Shown here in pieces: positions 24,403 through 32,483 of a stretch of DNA of 44,710 bases (the stretch's first letter is position 1; each line of letters opens with the position of its first letter). Below the pieces are notes generated by a model that searched no databases, was not told the origin of the DNA, and saw only the letters and a program-made list of their open reading frames with translations. The stretch is taken from positions 1 through 44,710 of the forward strand of contig JAYWCR010000025.1 in assembly GCA_043780395.1 (NCBI GenBank), given 5' to 3'. The translations under genes and the position numbers were made by a program. This DNA comes from Sphingobacteriales bacterium. Lineage in GTDB: Bacteria; Bacteroidota; Bacteroidia; Sphingobacteriales; Sphingobacteriaceae.

Positions 24403-25143
24403 TCAGATTCCTGAAGTAATGAATGAACCAAGTATGGCCAGTACTTCTGTCTGTGAAAGCACCTCGTCAAAAGATTCAGAAGCTGCAATATTCGTGATTT
24501 CAGTATGCCCGTTAATTCCTTGTATCTGGATCTGTGCCTGAAATGTATTGTCTTCATTCAAATACACATTCAGCAGGTTTGCATTCTCGGTGATGATAAC
24601 CGGATTTATAGACGTTCCTTCAGCCATATTCCCCGACAGGGTGATCCACGGCTTGATATTTATGCCTGATGCATTCCGGATAATACGGATATAGCCTGCA
24701 TGTCTGGCTTCTACAGAATGAAGATCTAAAAAATAAGTAAGCAGGGTCTGATTGCTGGCAAGTCTGGCCAGCTGACCCTTGTAATACCGTACCGAAGTAT
24801 CTTCAAGGACCTGTGCGGCAAGAAGAAGAGTAGCTGGATTGGTGTAGATATCAGGAAAAATTGAGTTTGCCGTCAGGTCTATGCGCATGGATGACATAGA
24901 TGGCGCTGAGGTGGTTGTTCCTGTAAACAGCCCTGTTAAAAAGTTCACATGGTTCTGCTCATCTGATCCAATGATCTTCAGGCCGGCTTGCTGGGCGGGA
25001 GTTAAAGCCAGAAAGGAAGCTGAAGGCGCTGAGGTTGCCGTTCCTGTCATCTGCTGGTAGAAAAAAAGCTCAAGCAGCTCAAAGCTCAAAGCAAAACTTA
25101 GGGTCGACAGAAGGGCTGTTGACAGGGCTGGGGTGCTTTCCAT
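24403..25143 (-). CDS. Ferritin-like domain protein, 'B2' (paralogue of 25935-26777, lacking the N-terminal signal)
   Basis: 'FELLELFFY', 'SDEQNHVNF', 'VLEDTSVRYY' and 'HSVEARHAGYIR' are collinear with B1. The shared C-terminal block is 'KPWITL...INGHTEI...ASESFDEVL'. Confidence 0.7.
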   Translation of the reverse strand: MESTPALSTALLSTLSFALSFELLELFFYQQMTGTATSAPSASFLALTPAQQAGLKIIGSDEQNHVNFLTGLFTGTTTSAPSMSSMRIDLTANSIFPDIYTNPATLLLAAQVLEDTSVRYYKGQLARLASNQTLLTYFLDLHSVEARHAGYIRIIRNASGINIKPWITLSGNMAEGTSINPVIITENANLLNVYLNEDNTFQAQIQIQGINGHTEITNIAASESFDEVLSQTEVLAILGSFITSGI

Positions 25144-25154
25144 TTATGTGGTGA

Positions 25155-25820
25155 TTAACTGCTCGGCAATGAACCGGAATCAAGTTTGGTTTTAATATAG
25201 ATGCCCTGCAGCAGGGCCAGCACCTGGGCTGGTTTTTTATGGATCTCCATGCCTGAGGCATTCAGAAGAGAAGCTCCTGAAAAAGTGCCAGGCATGACCA
25301 GTTCATGAATAAAGCTAGCATGCCTTGCCTGCACGGAGATGATCTCAGCCATGATAGTAATAAAAGCTGCTGCCTGCAGGTTTCTGGTCAGTCCGTTCAT
25401 TGCCTGAACCGTAAGGTCTTCAAAGAAAAGAGCCGACTGAAGGGTCAGGCTTCTGCTGGTAAAGTTGATGCTGGTGAAATCCAGCGCCATTGCCGGGAGC
25501 GCGTTCGAGCCCAGGGCTACTTTTAGGAATTCTCGCTGTGCAGTTTCATGTTTTAAGATATCAGACAGGAGTAATCTCTGGTCGGGGACACTTCCAGCCT
25601 TTAGTGCCTGTGTATAGAACCCTGCCTGTACCTGGCTAAGTACATAGGCATAGTTGAGAAGAGCAATATCGCCGGTTCCAAAAATATATCCGTTCGCGCC
25701 TTCACCAGCGCCACCTGCAGATTCTTTTTTACATGAATTTATATAAAAAAGTAAAAGCCCTGAGGCAAGGAAAGAAGTTTTAAGGAAATTTTTTCTGTCT
25801 ATTTTATTTATCAAGGGCAT
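25155..25820 (-). CDS. Ferritin-like domain lipoprotein, 'A2' (degenerate paralogue of 26791-27504)
   Basis: 'FGTGDIALLNYAYVLSQVQAGFY', 'HETAQREFL', 'FEDLTVQAM' and 'ISVQARHA', with a C-terminal 'IKTKLDSGSLPSS', are all collinear with A1. The start is taken at MPLINKIDRKNFLK (25820). The track ORF start (25880) abuts a terminator hairpin. Confidence 0.65.
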   Translation of the reverse strand: MPLINKIDRKNFLKTSFLASGLLLFYINSCKKESAGGAGEGANGYIFGTGDIALLNYAYVLSQVQAGFYTQALKAGSVPDQRLLLSDILKHETAQREFLKVALGSNALPAMALDFTSINFTSRSLTLQSALFFEDLTVQAMNGLTRNLQAAAFITIMAEIISVQARHASFIHELVMPGTFSGASLLNASGMEIHKKPAQVLALLQGIYIKTKLDSGSLPSS

Positions 25821-25880
25821 TCCTGTATTGCCTTTAAAGGTCAAGCATCTGCAATAATAATCCGAATTGCTCATAAACAC

Positions 25881-25916
25881 AAAAAGGGTGTCTTTATTTT
25901 AAAGACACCCTTTTTT
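25881..25916. terminator. Strong hairpin terminator separating the two ferritin-like gene pairs
   Basis: aaaaagggtgtcttta-ttt-taaagacaccctttttt: a perfect stem of about 12 bp flanked by A and T runs. Confidence 0.7.
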
Positions 25917-25934
25917 AAAAGTGGGAAACTAATC

Positions 25935-26777
25935 TTATAAACCCTTTGTTACAAAAGCCTTAGCAAGTGCTAAAACCTGATCTGTAGTCAGAATTTCATC
26001 AAAAGCTTCTGATGCTACCTTTGCATCAATCTCCATATGACCGTTAAGACCGATCAGATTCATGCCAGCCTGTGTAGTAACTTCTTCACCTGCATAGTTT
26101 GCATTTACTGCAGGGCTTCCAATACCTGTCTGGTTCAATGTGATCCATGGTTTTAGCATAGCTCCGCGTAAATGACGGATCTGACGGATATGTGCAGCAT
26201 GACGGGCTTCAACTGAATGGATGTTCAGGGCAGCTGTCAGAATAGCACCCGTACCTAAAAGGTAACCTGCCTGTCCTTTATATGCACGAACTCCTGTGTC
26301 TTCCAATGCCTGGGATACGGCAAGAAAAGTATCATAATTTGAAAATACATCAGCAAATGTTCCGCCAGCTGTAAAATCATAGGTAAAGTTTGACTGAGGT
26401 ACGGGTGTTCCACCAGCACCTGAAATAGCTGCCTGTAAGAAAACAACGTGCTTGGCCTCATCACTCACAATCAGGGCAATTCCTGCTGTATCAACAGATG
26501 GAATCTTATTACCTAACTTTTCTGTGCCCATATTGTAAAATGATGACTCAAGGTACTCAAGTGTTAGTGCAAAGTTCAGTACATCCAGCGGTCCGCGCAT
26601 TGATGTACCGGCATATGCTTTTTTGAACATGCTGCCCAGCATAAGCGGAACAGCTGCAATTGCAACTTTTCCTGCCATACCTGCAAATTCCTTCATGGCT
26701 GATCTGCGGGTGTCCATACGGCCGTAAACCTCTGGGTCTACTTCCTCAATCTTATTTAAAATGTTGTCTAAGTTCAT
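25935..26777 (-). CDS. Ferritin-like domain protein, 'B1', with a Tat-like signal
   Basis: N-terminus 'DTRRSAMKEFAGMAGKVAIAAVPLMLG...AYA'. Di-iron-like motifs are 'LEYLESSFY', 'SDEAKHVVF', 'ALEDTGVRAY' and 'HSVEARHAAHIR'. Confidence 0.75.
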   Translation of the reverse strand: MNLDNILNKIEEVDPEVYGRMDTRRSAMKEFAGMAGKVAIAAVPLMLGSMFKKAYAGTSMRGPLDVLNFALTLEYLESSFYNMGTEKLGNKIPSVDTAGIALIVSDEAKHVVFLQAAISGAGGTPVPQSNFTYDFTAGGTFADVFSNYDTFLAVSQALEDTGVRAYKGQAGYLLGTGAILTAALNIHSVEARHAAHIRQIRHLRGAMLKPWITLNQTGIGSPAVNANYAGEEVTTQAGMNLIGLNGHMEIDAKVASEAFDEILTTDQVLALAKAFVTKGL

Positions 26778-26790
26778 GACGATTTAGGTT

Positions 26791-27504
26791 TTAGGAATTA
26801 GGTAATGAACTTGCGTCCAGTTTGGTTTTGATAAATGATGAAGCAATTGCAATAACAGCCTGTGGTTTCTTTGACTGCTCCAGCGCGTTCATATCCAGAA
26901 TAGTATCGTCGGCAAACGAATTGTACTTGTTCAGATCGCGCAGATAGGTTGAATGACGTGCTTCTACAGAAACAATCTGTCCAGCCAGTGTCAGATATGC
27001 ACCACTTACAAAATACTGTCCGGCTCCATTATAGGCCTGAACTCCTAAATCTTCAAATGCCTGTGCATGTCCTAATACACTTGCACGGCTTGTGAAATCA
27101 ATTGAACTTAGGTCAAGGGTTAAAGTAGGTAGAGCTGCTGAACCCAGGGCATTCTTTAAAAACTCACGGTGGAGTACTTCATGACGTGTAATATCCGTCA
27201 GATAAATTTTTTCTTCATCAGAGATACCATTGTACCATGCTGAGCTTGCTTGTGTGTAAAAGGCTGCTTCCAATTGCTCAAGTGAATAAGCAAAGTTTAG
27301 AATAGCAATATCGCCTGTTCCAAAACTGAGTCCTTTTGAAGGAGTCATATAAGGATTGGAATCTTTCTTGCAGGATGCTACTGCAAATACTGCCAGTGCT
27401 GCGGTGGATAGACCAGCTGCTTTCAGGAAGTTTCTACGTGGAATAGACTTCATAATGCCATCCCTCGTCTCCATTTCATTTTCATCGAGAAGGTTTTCTT
27501 TCAT
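26791..27504 (-). CDS. Ferritin-like domain lipoprotein, 'A1', with a canonical twin-arginine signal
   Basis: 'IPRRNFLKAAGLSTAALAVFAVASC' (Tat motif plus lipobox). Motifs are 'LEQLEAAFY', 'HEVLHREFL', 'FEDLGVQAY' and 'VSVEARHS'. The true start may be the internal MKSIPRR at 27453. Confidence 0.75.
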   Translation of the reverse strand: MKENLLDENEMETRDGIMKSIPRRNFLKAAGLSTAALAVFAVASCKKDSNPYMTPSKGLSFGTGDIAILNFAYSLEQLEAAFYTQASSAWYNGISDEEKIYLTDITRHEVLHREFLKNALGSAALPTLTLDLSSIDFTSRASVLGHAQAFEDLGVQAYNGAGQYFVSGAYLTLAGQIVSVEARHSTYLRDLNKYNSFADDTILDMNALEQSKKPQAVIAIASSFIKTKLDASSLPNS

Positions 27505-27623
27505 GACTTATTTAGATTAGTTATTTCTACGAGATACGTGAGAAAATAACTTTCAGATTTGTAAGTGATAAAAATCTCAATAAACTTCCTGTTACAAGCT
27601 TTTAGAAATTGTTTTGAAAACAG

Positions 27624-27670
27624 AAAAAAAAAGGGATTCATATATATCCAGACAGACATATATGAACCCC
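27624..27670 (-). terminator. Rho-independent terminator after the glutathione peroxidase gene
   Basis: The minus strand reads ggggttcatatat-gtctgtctgg-atatatatgaatccc followed by T9: a 13-bp stem with one mismatch. Confidence 0.7.
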
Positions 27671-27692
27671 TCTTAAATAAATTATGTACAGC

Positions 27693-28271
27693 CTATTTCT
27701 GCACGGCAGCAAGTATTTCAGGACTTAAAGGATCAACCTTTGATTCCCAGAAATTCACAAGCTCACCCTTTTCGTTAATCAGGTATTTGCAAAAATTCCA
27801 GGTAGGAACTTTATCATTCCAGCCATTCTCTTTCTTGTCAGTCAGCCATTTATAGAGTGGACTCTGGTCTGCACCAAGCACAGATAATTTTTCAAACATC
27901 TGAAAGGTCACCCCATAATTCTTTGTGCAGAACTCAGAGATCTCCTTGCTTGTACCTGGCTCCTGTTCATTGAAATTATTTGCAGGAAAACCAAGAATTA
28001 CCAGTTTGTCACCCATTTTCTGATGCAGGGCCTGTAGCTTTGCATACTGGGGCGTAAATCCACATTTTGAGGCTGTATTAACGATAAGGATCTTTTTTCC
28101 GCGGTATTTGCTCAGGTCGATCATCCGACCGTCAAGGGCTGGAAGTTTAAAGCTGTAAATTGATGGACCTGCGTTGGTCGGACCCTTTTTATCGGGGTGT
28201 ACCGGGAACCCAAATGTTGTTCCTGCAGTTAAGAGCGCTGAGGCTAACAAGATGAATGCTTTCATAATCAA
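27693..28271 (-). CDS. Glutathione peroxidase family protein with an N-terminal signal peptide (Cys-type, not Sec)
   Basis: 'VNTASKCGFTPQY' (peroxidatic Cys encoded by TGT at 28063-28065), 'GFPANNFNEQEPG' and 'WNFCKYLI'. Signal 'MKAFILLASALLTAGT'. Confidence 0.9.
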   Translation of the reverse strand: MIMKAFILLASALLTAGTTFGFPVHPDKKGPTNAGPSIYSFKLPALDGRMIDLSKYRGKKILIVNTASKCGFTPQYAKLQALHQKMGDKLVILGFPANNFNEQEPGTSKEISEFCTKNYGVTFQMFEKLSVLGADQSPLYKWLTDKKENGWNDKVPTWNFCKYLINEKGELVNFWESKVDPLSPEILAAVQK

Positions 28272-28277
28272 TGGTTT

Positions 28278-29915
28278 TTAAAATATAAACTGGGTGTTCA
28301 AAAATTTGGATTCGTTTTCGTGAACAATTGTATTAAAAATTAGCTTGTTTTTAGTATTTAATTTCGTTGCTACCATCGTCCGGATTGAAAAAGCTCTGAG
28401 TGCATCATCAACAGAAAGTGTGCCCACTGCAGAATCTTTTCTTCCGGTGAATGGGAAAACATCGGGTCCGCGCTGACACTGGGCGTTTACATTCACCCGG
28501 CATACCAGGTTTACCAGCTGGTCAAGCAAACTTGAAATTTCAACATGTGAATTACCAAAGATACTTACCTGCTGCCCATGATCTGAATGAATCAGGTAGT
28601 TAATAGGTTCATCAATCTCATCAAAGGCAAGTACAGGAATGATGGGGGCAAACTGCTCCTCTCTGTATAATTTCATGCGTTCATCGATCGGGTACACTAT
28701 AGCTGGCTTGACCAGGGTCTCTGAGGTTTCACCACCACCTTCATTGTAAATGCGGGCGCCCATCGAGATCGCCTCATCCAGGCATTCTTTTATATATGCA
28801 GGTTTTCCAGGTTCAGGAAGAGGAGTGATCTGCACTCCTTTTTGCCATGGCATACCCATTTTCAGCTTGTTCACTTCTTTGGAAAGCAAGGCCAGGAATT
28901 CTTCAGCCAGCGATCTGTGTACATAGATAATCTTAATAGCTGTACAACGCTGCCCGTTAAAGGTCAGGGCACCAAGCACACATTCTCTGACAGTCTCTTC
29001 AAGATCAGCATCTTTCAGAATGATGGCTGCATTCTTGGCATCCAGACTTAAGATAGGTCTTAAACGGTTGGTTTTAGGGTGGAGTTTGATCAGCTGGTCG
29101 GCAACCCTGCTTGAACCTATCAGGGCAAGACAATCGATCTTTCCTGATTTCATTAAAGTAGGTGCTACCGTAGCTCCCCGTCCGTACACTGTATTTACAA
29201 CTCCTGCCGGAAAGGATTCCTGAAAAGCTTTAAGCAGGGGGCAAAACAGCAATGTTCCATACTTGGGTGGCTTGAAAAGTATCGTGTTGCCCATGATAAG
29301 TGCCGGTATCATGGTGGTAAAGGTTTCGTTCAAAGGGTAATTAAATGGACCCATGCAAAGCACGACACCCAGTGGTGCCCTGCGGATCTGGCCGGCAATA
29401 CCCTGCGCTATCTCAAAGCCTGATGACTTGTTATCAAGAAGTTTAAGAGATTGAATAGTCGCATGCATGTATTCAATGGTACGGTCAAACTCTTTTTCTG
29501 AATCTGCTAGTGGTTTTCCTATTTCCCACATCAGCAGGTTCACCACTTCCTGGCGGCAACCGATCATTTTGAAAGTAAAATCTTCCAGATGGCGTATCCT
29601 TCCTGGAACTCCCATGGTGGGCCAGTGGCCACGGCCATAATCATAGGCTTTTACAGCGGCATCCAATGCTTCCAGGGCTTCTGTTTCTGTAGCCAGGGGA
29701 TAACTTCCAATGGCCATTTTAGTTAGAACCCCCGCCTCGTCGCGGATACATACAGGCGAGTATACCTGCTGAACAGGTCCATGCCAGGTGCGGAGTTCTC
29801 CATTGATCAGAATTTCACGCTGGTCGATTGGTTTGATTGCTTGTTCCGCCGGGATCTCATCGTGGGTCGGAAAAAATGAAGAAACGGTACTGGTAAGCTG
29901 ATCGGGAAAGTCCAT
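28278..29915 (-). CDS. Aldehyde dehydrogenase family protein (GapN-like non-phosphorylating type)
   Basis: 545 aa with 'FNGQRCTAIK' catalytic Cys block, 'GPFNYPLNE', 'LIGSSRV' and 'EEQFAPI'. Confidence 0.8.
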   Translation of the reverse strand: MDFPDQLTSTVSSFFPTHDEIPAEQAIKPIDQREILINGELRTWHGPVQQVYSPVCIRDEAGVLTKMAIGSYPLATETEALEALDAAVKAYDYGRGHWPTMGVPGRIRHLEDFTFKMIGCRQEVVNLLMWEIGKPLADSEKEFDRTIEYMHATIQSLKLLDNKSSGFEIAQGIAGQIRRAPLGVVLCMGPFNYPLNETFTTMIPALIMGNTILFKPPKYGTLLFCPLLKAFQESFPAGVVNTVYGRGATVAPTLMKSGKIDCLALIGSSRVADQLIKLHPKTNRLRPILSLDAKNAAIILKDADLEETVRECVLGALTFNGQRCTAIKIIYVHRSLAEEFLALLSKEVNKLKMGMPWQKGVQITPLPEPGKPAYIKECLDEAISMGARIYNEGGGETSETLVKPAIVYPIDERMKLYREEQFAPIIPVLAFDEIDEPINYLIHSDHGQQVSIFGNSHVEISSLLDQLVNLVCRVNVNAQCQRGPDVFPFTGRKDSAVGTLSVDDALRAFSIRTMVATKLNTKNKLIFNTIVHENESKFLNTQFIF

Positions 29916-29999
29916 TTCTTATTCAGTTTTTAGTAAGCTTTATAATTCTATATGCATACAGACAAGCGGTTAACCAATATAAGAATAGGAATGTTTTAA

Positions 30000-31367
30000 T
30001 TAATTATCAGCCTCCGGGTCTTCCTCCTCATTGCTGGCTGAATCATTTATTTCAGTATCATCAGCGAGCAGTGCTTGCTGGTGCTGGGGCAGAAGTTGTA
30101 CATCATTGAGCTTGCGGATCACCTGCCGCGAGCTGGTTGCCGCCTGTTCTATGACGTTACTTGCTTCCTGTAACTTCTTTCTGGTTTTTTCAATGGCTAT
30201 GCCGAATTTCGAGAATTCACTTTTTACTGACGAGAGCATATTCCATACTTCGGACGACCGCTTTTCGATGGCCAGAGTTCTGAAACCCATCTGCAGGCTG
30301 CTTAAGATGGCAGAAAGGGTAGTAGGGCCTGTAATGATGATCTTTGACTCACGCTGAATGGATTCAAAAAGACCGGGGGTGCGCAAGACTTCTGCATAAA
30401 GGCTTTCGAAAGGCAGGAATAATAAAGCGAAATCTGTAGTGAACGGGGGTTCTACATATTTTAAAGAGATTTCTGCAGCACATTTTTTTATACCGCGTAC
30501 AAAGTTCTTCCGGCACTCTTCAATCGTTCCCAGGTCTGAAAGCTCATAGGCCTGCATCAAAACCTCAAAATCTTCCTTAGGGAATTTCGAATCCAGGGGC
30601 ATCCACACGGGCATTTCCTTCTCATCCCTGCCAGGCAATTTAATGGCAAATTCCACCACACCCGAGGAGCCAGGCCTTGGTTTCACATTTTTACCGTACT
30701 GGTCGGGCGTGAGCAGTTGTTCGAGAATATTTTCAAGCTGGTATTCGCCCAGAATGCCTCTTGTTTTTACATTGGAGAGTACCTTTTTAAGATCTCCAAC
30801 GCCGGTTGCCAGCTGCTGCATATCGCCCAGGCCCTTATGTACCGCCTCAAGCCGCTCGCTGACCAGCTTAAAGGATTCACTAAGCCTGTGTTCAAGGGTT
30901 TTCTGCAATTTCTCATCCACAGTTGCCCTCATTTCCTCAAGCTTTTGGGCATTGTCGTCCTGCAGTTCCTTCAGACTTTTTTCTGTAGCAGCCTTCATTT
31001 CAGAGATCCGCTCGGTAAGATTTTTATGCTGCTGGCTCTGGGCCGTATTCAGGTCAGTAAAATTTTCACGCTGTCGGTCTGAGAAATCTTTAAGGGAAGA
31101 ATTTATATTCAGCCTGAAGGTTTCCAGCACCTCATTGAGCTCTTTTCTGCTCTGGGCATGAAGCTGGGAGGCTTCAGTACGGTTGTTTCGCAGTTCGTCT
31201 TTTACAGAATGTTCAATACGGTTCATTTCCTTTTCCATGGCCTGAAAACCTGGATTCAAAAGGCTCAGCAATTGCTGGGGATCTTTACCCCGGCCGTTCA
31301 GGCTCAGGTATAGATTGATAAGCAATAAGGCAATAATTAACAGCAGGAGGGCAAAAAGGTAAGACAT
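30000..31367 (-). CDS. rmuC: DNA recombination protein RmuC
   Basis: N-terminal TM helix, a long coiled-coil, and a C-terminal RmuC nuclease-like domain ('DFALLFLPFESLYAE...IIITGPTTL'). Confidence 0.85.
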   Translation of the reverse strand: MSYLFALLLLIIALLLINLYLSLNGRGKDPQQLLSLLNPGFQAMEKEMNRIEHSVKDELRNNRTEASQLHAQSRKELNEVLETFRLNINSSLKDFSDRQRENFTDLNTAQSQQHKNLTERISEMKAATEKSLKELQDDNAQKLEEMRATVDEKLQKTLEHRLSESFKLVSERLEAVHKGLGDMQQLATGVGDLKKVLSNVKTRGILGEYQLENILEQLLTPDQYGKNVKPRPGSSGVVEFAIKLPGRDEKEMPVWMPLDSKFPKEDFEVLMQAYELSDLGTIEECRKNFVRGIKKCAAEISLKYVEPPFTTDFALLFLPFESLYAEVLRTPGLFESIQRESKIIITGPTTLSAILSSLQMGFRTLAIEKRSSEVWNMLSSVKSEFSKFGIAIEKTRKKLQEASNVIEQAATSSRQVIRKLNDVQLLPQHQQALLADDTEINDSASNEEEDPEADN

Positions 31368-31443
31368 GGTATGATTTTTTGAAGGGAATCAGGGCGGAAA
31401 TTTAATCAATATTTTAATTTCAGCCCTCGTTCAGATCTTCATC

Positions 31444-32211
31444 ATGGCAGAGAAAAAGAATGCATTTTATTCAGGTACCAGTGGTCTGGTACTTCCTTTC
31501 AAGAATAAAGCCGCCTATCCTCCTTCATTTCAAGGGGGAAGCCGATTGAACTTTTATGCATCCCTTTATTCAAGTATTGAAATTAACAGCAGTTTTTATC
31601 GCATTCCCCTGGCCAGAACGGTTGAAAAATGGACTACTGAAGTGCCGGCTGGCTTTCGCTTCACCTTCAAGCTCTGGAAGGGGATCACCCATGCAAGGGG
31701 GCTCTTCTTTAAGGAAGAAGATGTGCTCAGGTTTATGGAGGTGATTTCCCGGGCAGGAGACTATAAAGGGGCTCTTCTTGTGCAGTTTCCACCCAGCCTT
31801 ACCAGCCTCGCCTTTATGCAGGTACAGCTCTTGCTGGACCTGATCAGGGTGGCAGACCCTGAAAAAAAATGGGACCTTGCCTTTGAATTCAGGCATAGCT
31901 CATGGACCGACCAGGAAGTTTATGACCTGCTTAATGATTTCTCTGCAGGGCTGGTCATCCAGGATAAGTATGCTACAGGCCTGGGGGTGCCGGAGAGTAC
32001 ACCTGATTTTATCTACCTCCGTTTCCACGGGCCGTCTGGTGATTACAGAGGCTCCTATACCGATGACTTTCTGGAAGAATATGCTTTATACATTCAGCAA
32101 TGGAAAGAGCAGGGTAAAACAGTCTATGCTTATTTTAACAATACCATAGGTAATGCTTCAGAAAATCTGCAGGCGCTGAATGCTTTTGTGGCAAGGGGTT
32201 CAGAGATGTGA
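31444..32211 (+). CDS. DUF72 (YecE-like) family protein
   Basis: 'GTSGLVLP...YPP......RLNFYASLYSSIEINSSFYRIP' and 'YLRFHG' are typical DUF72 blocks. Confidence 0.8.
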   Translation: MAEKKNAFYSGTSGLVLPFKNKAAYPPSFQGGSRLNFYASLYSSIEINSSFYRIPLARTVEKWTTEVPAGFRFTFKLWKGITHARGLFFKEEDVLRFMEVISRAGDYKGALLVQFPPSLTSLAFMQVQLLLDLIRVADPEKKWDLAFEFRHSSWTDQEVYDLLNDFSAGLVIQDKYATGLGVPESTPDFIYLRFHGPSGDYRGSYTDDFLEEYALYIQQWKEQGKTVYAYFNNTIGNASENLQALNAFVARGSEM

Positions 32212-32278
32212 AAAATCTTTAATTCAGGAAACGGACATTAAATGTTTTTTTTAATTTAAACGGTCTTGTCTCAAACGC

Positions 32279-32310
32279 AAAAAAGCCTTAACTATATAGT
32301 TAAGGCTTTT
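32279..32310. terminator. Bidirectional terminator between the DUF72 gene and tRNA-Lys
   Basis: Perfect stem aagccttaact / agttaaggctt with loop atat, flanked by A and T runs. Confidence 0.7.
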
Positions 32311-32318
32311 AAATAAAG

Positions 32319-32391
32319 TGACCCCTCAGGGGATCGAACCCTGGACCCAAAGATTAAGAGTCTTTTGCTCTACCAGCTGAGCTAAGGAGTC
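32319..32391 (-). tRNA. tRNA-Lys (anticodon CTT)
   Basis: The reverse complement folds: GACTCCT-TA-GCTC-AGCTGGTA-GAGC-A-AAAGA-CTCTTAA-TCTTT-GGGTC-CAGGG-TTCGATC-CCCTG-AGGGGTC-A. Confidence 0.85.
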
Positions 32392-32404
32392 ATTTATTGG
32401 ATTG

Positions 32405-32412
32405 CAAACTTA
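32405..32412 (-). promoter_or_regulatory. -7 promoter box TAAGTTTG (TAnnTTTG) for tRNA-Lys
   Basis: Perfect consensus on the minus strand, 13 nt upstream of the tRNA 5' end. Confidence 0.45.
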
Positions 32413-32483
32413 AGAAATTTATTAAAATATACTTCATGCATATCGAAATTAGTATCTTATCCTTGCAGCCTTAACTCTTTTTA

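Noticed and set aside
27566-27600. An inverted repeat, AGATTT-N11-AAATCT, and a 'GTGATAAAAATCTCAATAAAC' stretch upstream of ferritin-like A1 could be a Fur/PerR box.
   Set aside because: The half-sites are only 6 bp and the match to the 19-bp Fur consensus is weak. In AT-rich intergenic DNA this is within chance expectation, so it is worth testing only if motif searches find more copies.
28063-28065. A possible selenocysteine in the glutathione peroxidase.
   Set aside because: The peroxidatic residue is encoded by TGT (Cys), not TGA. No in-frame stop or SECIS-like hairpin is present.
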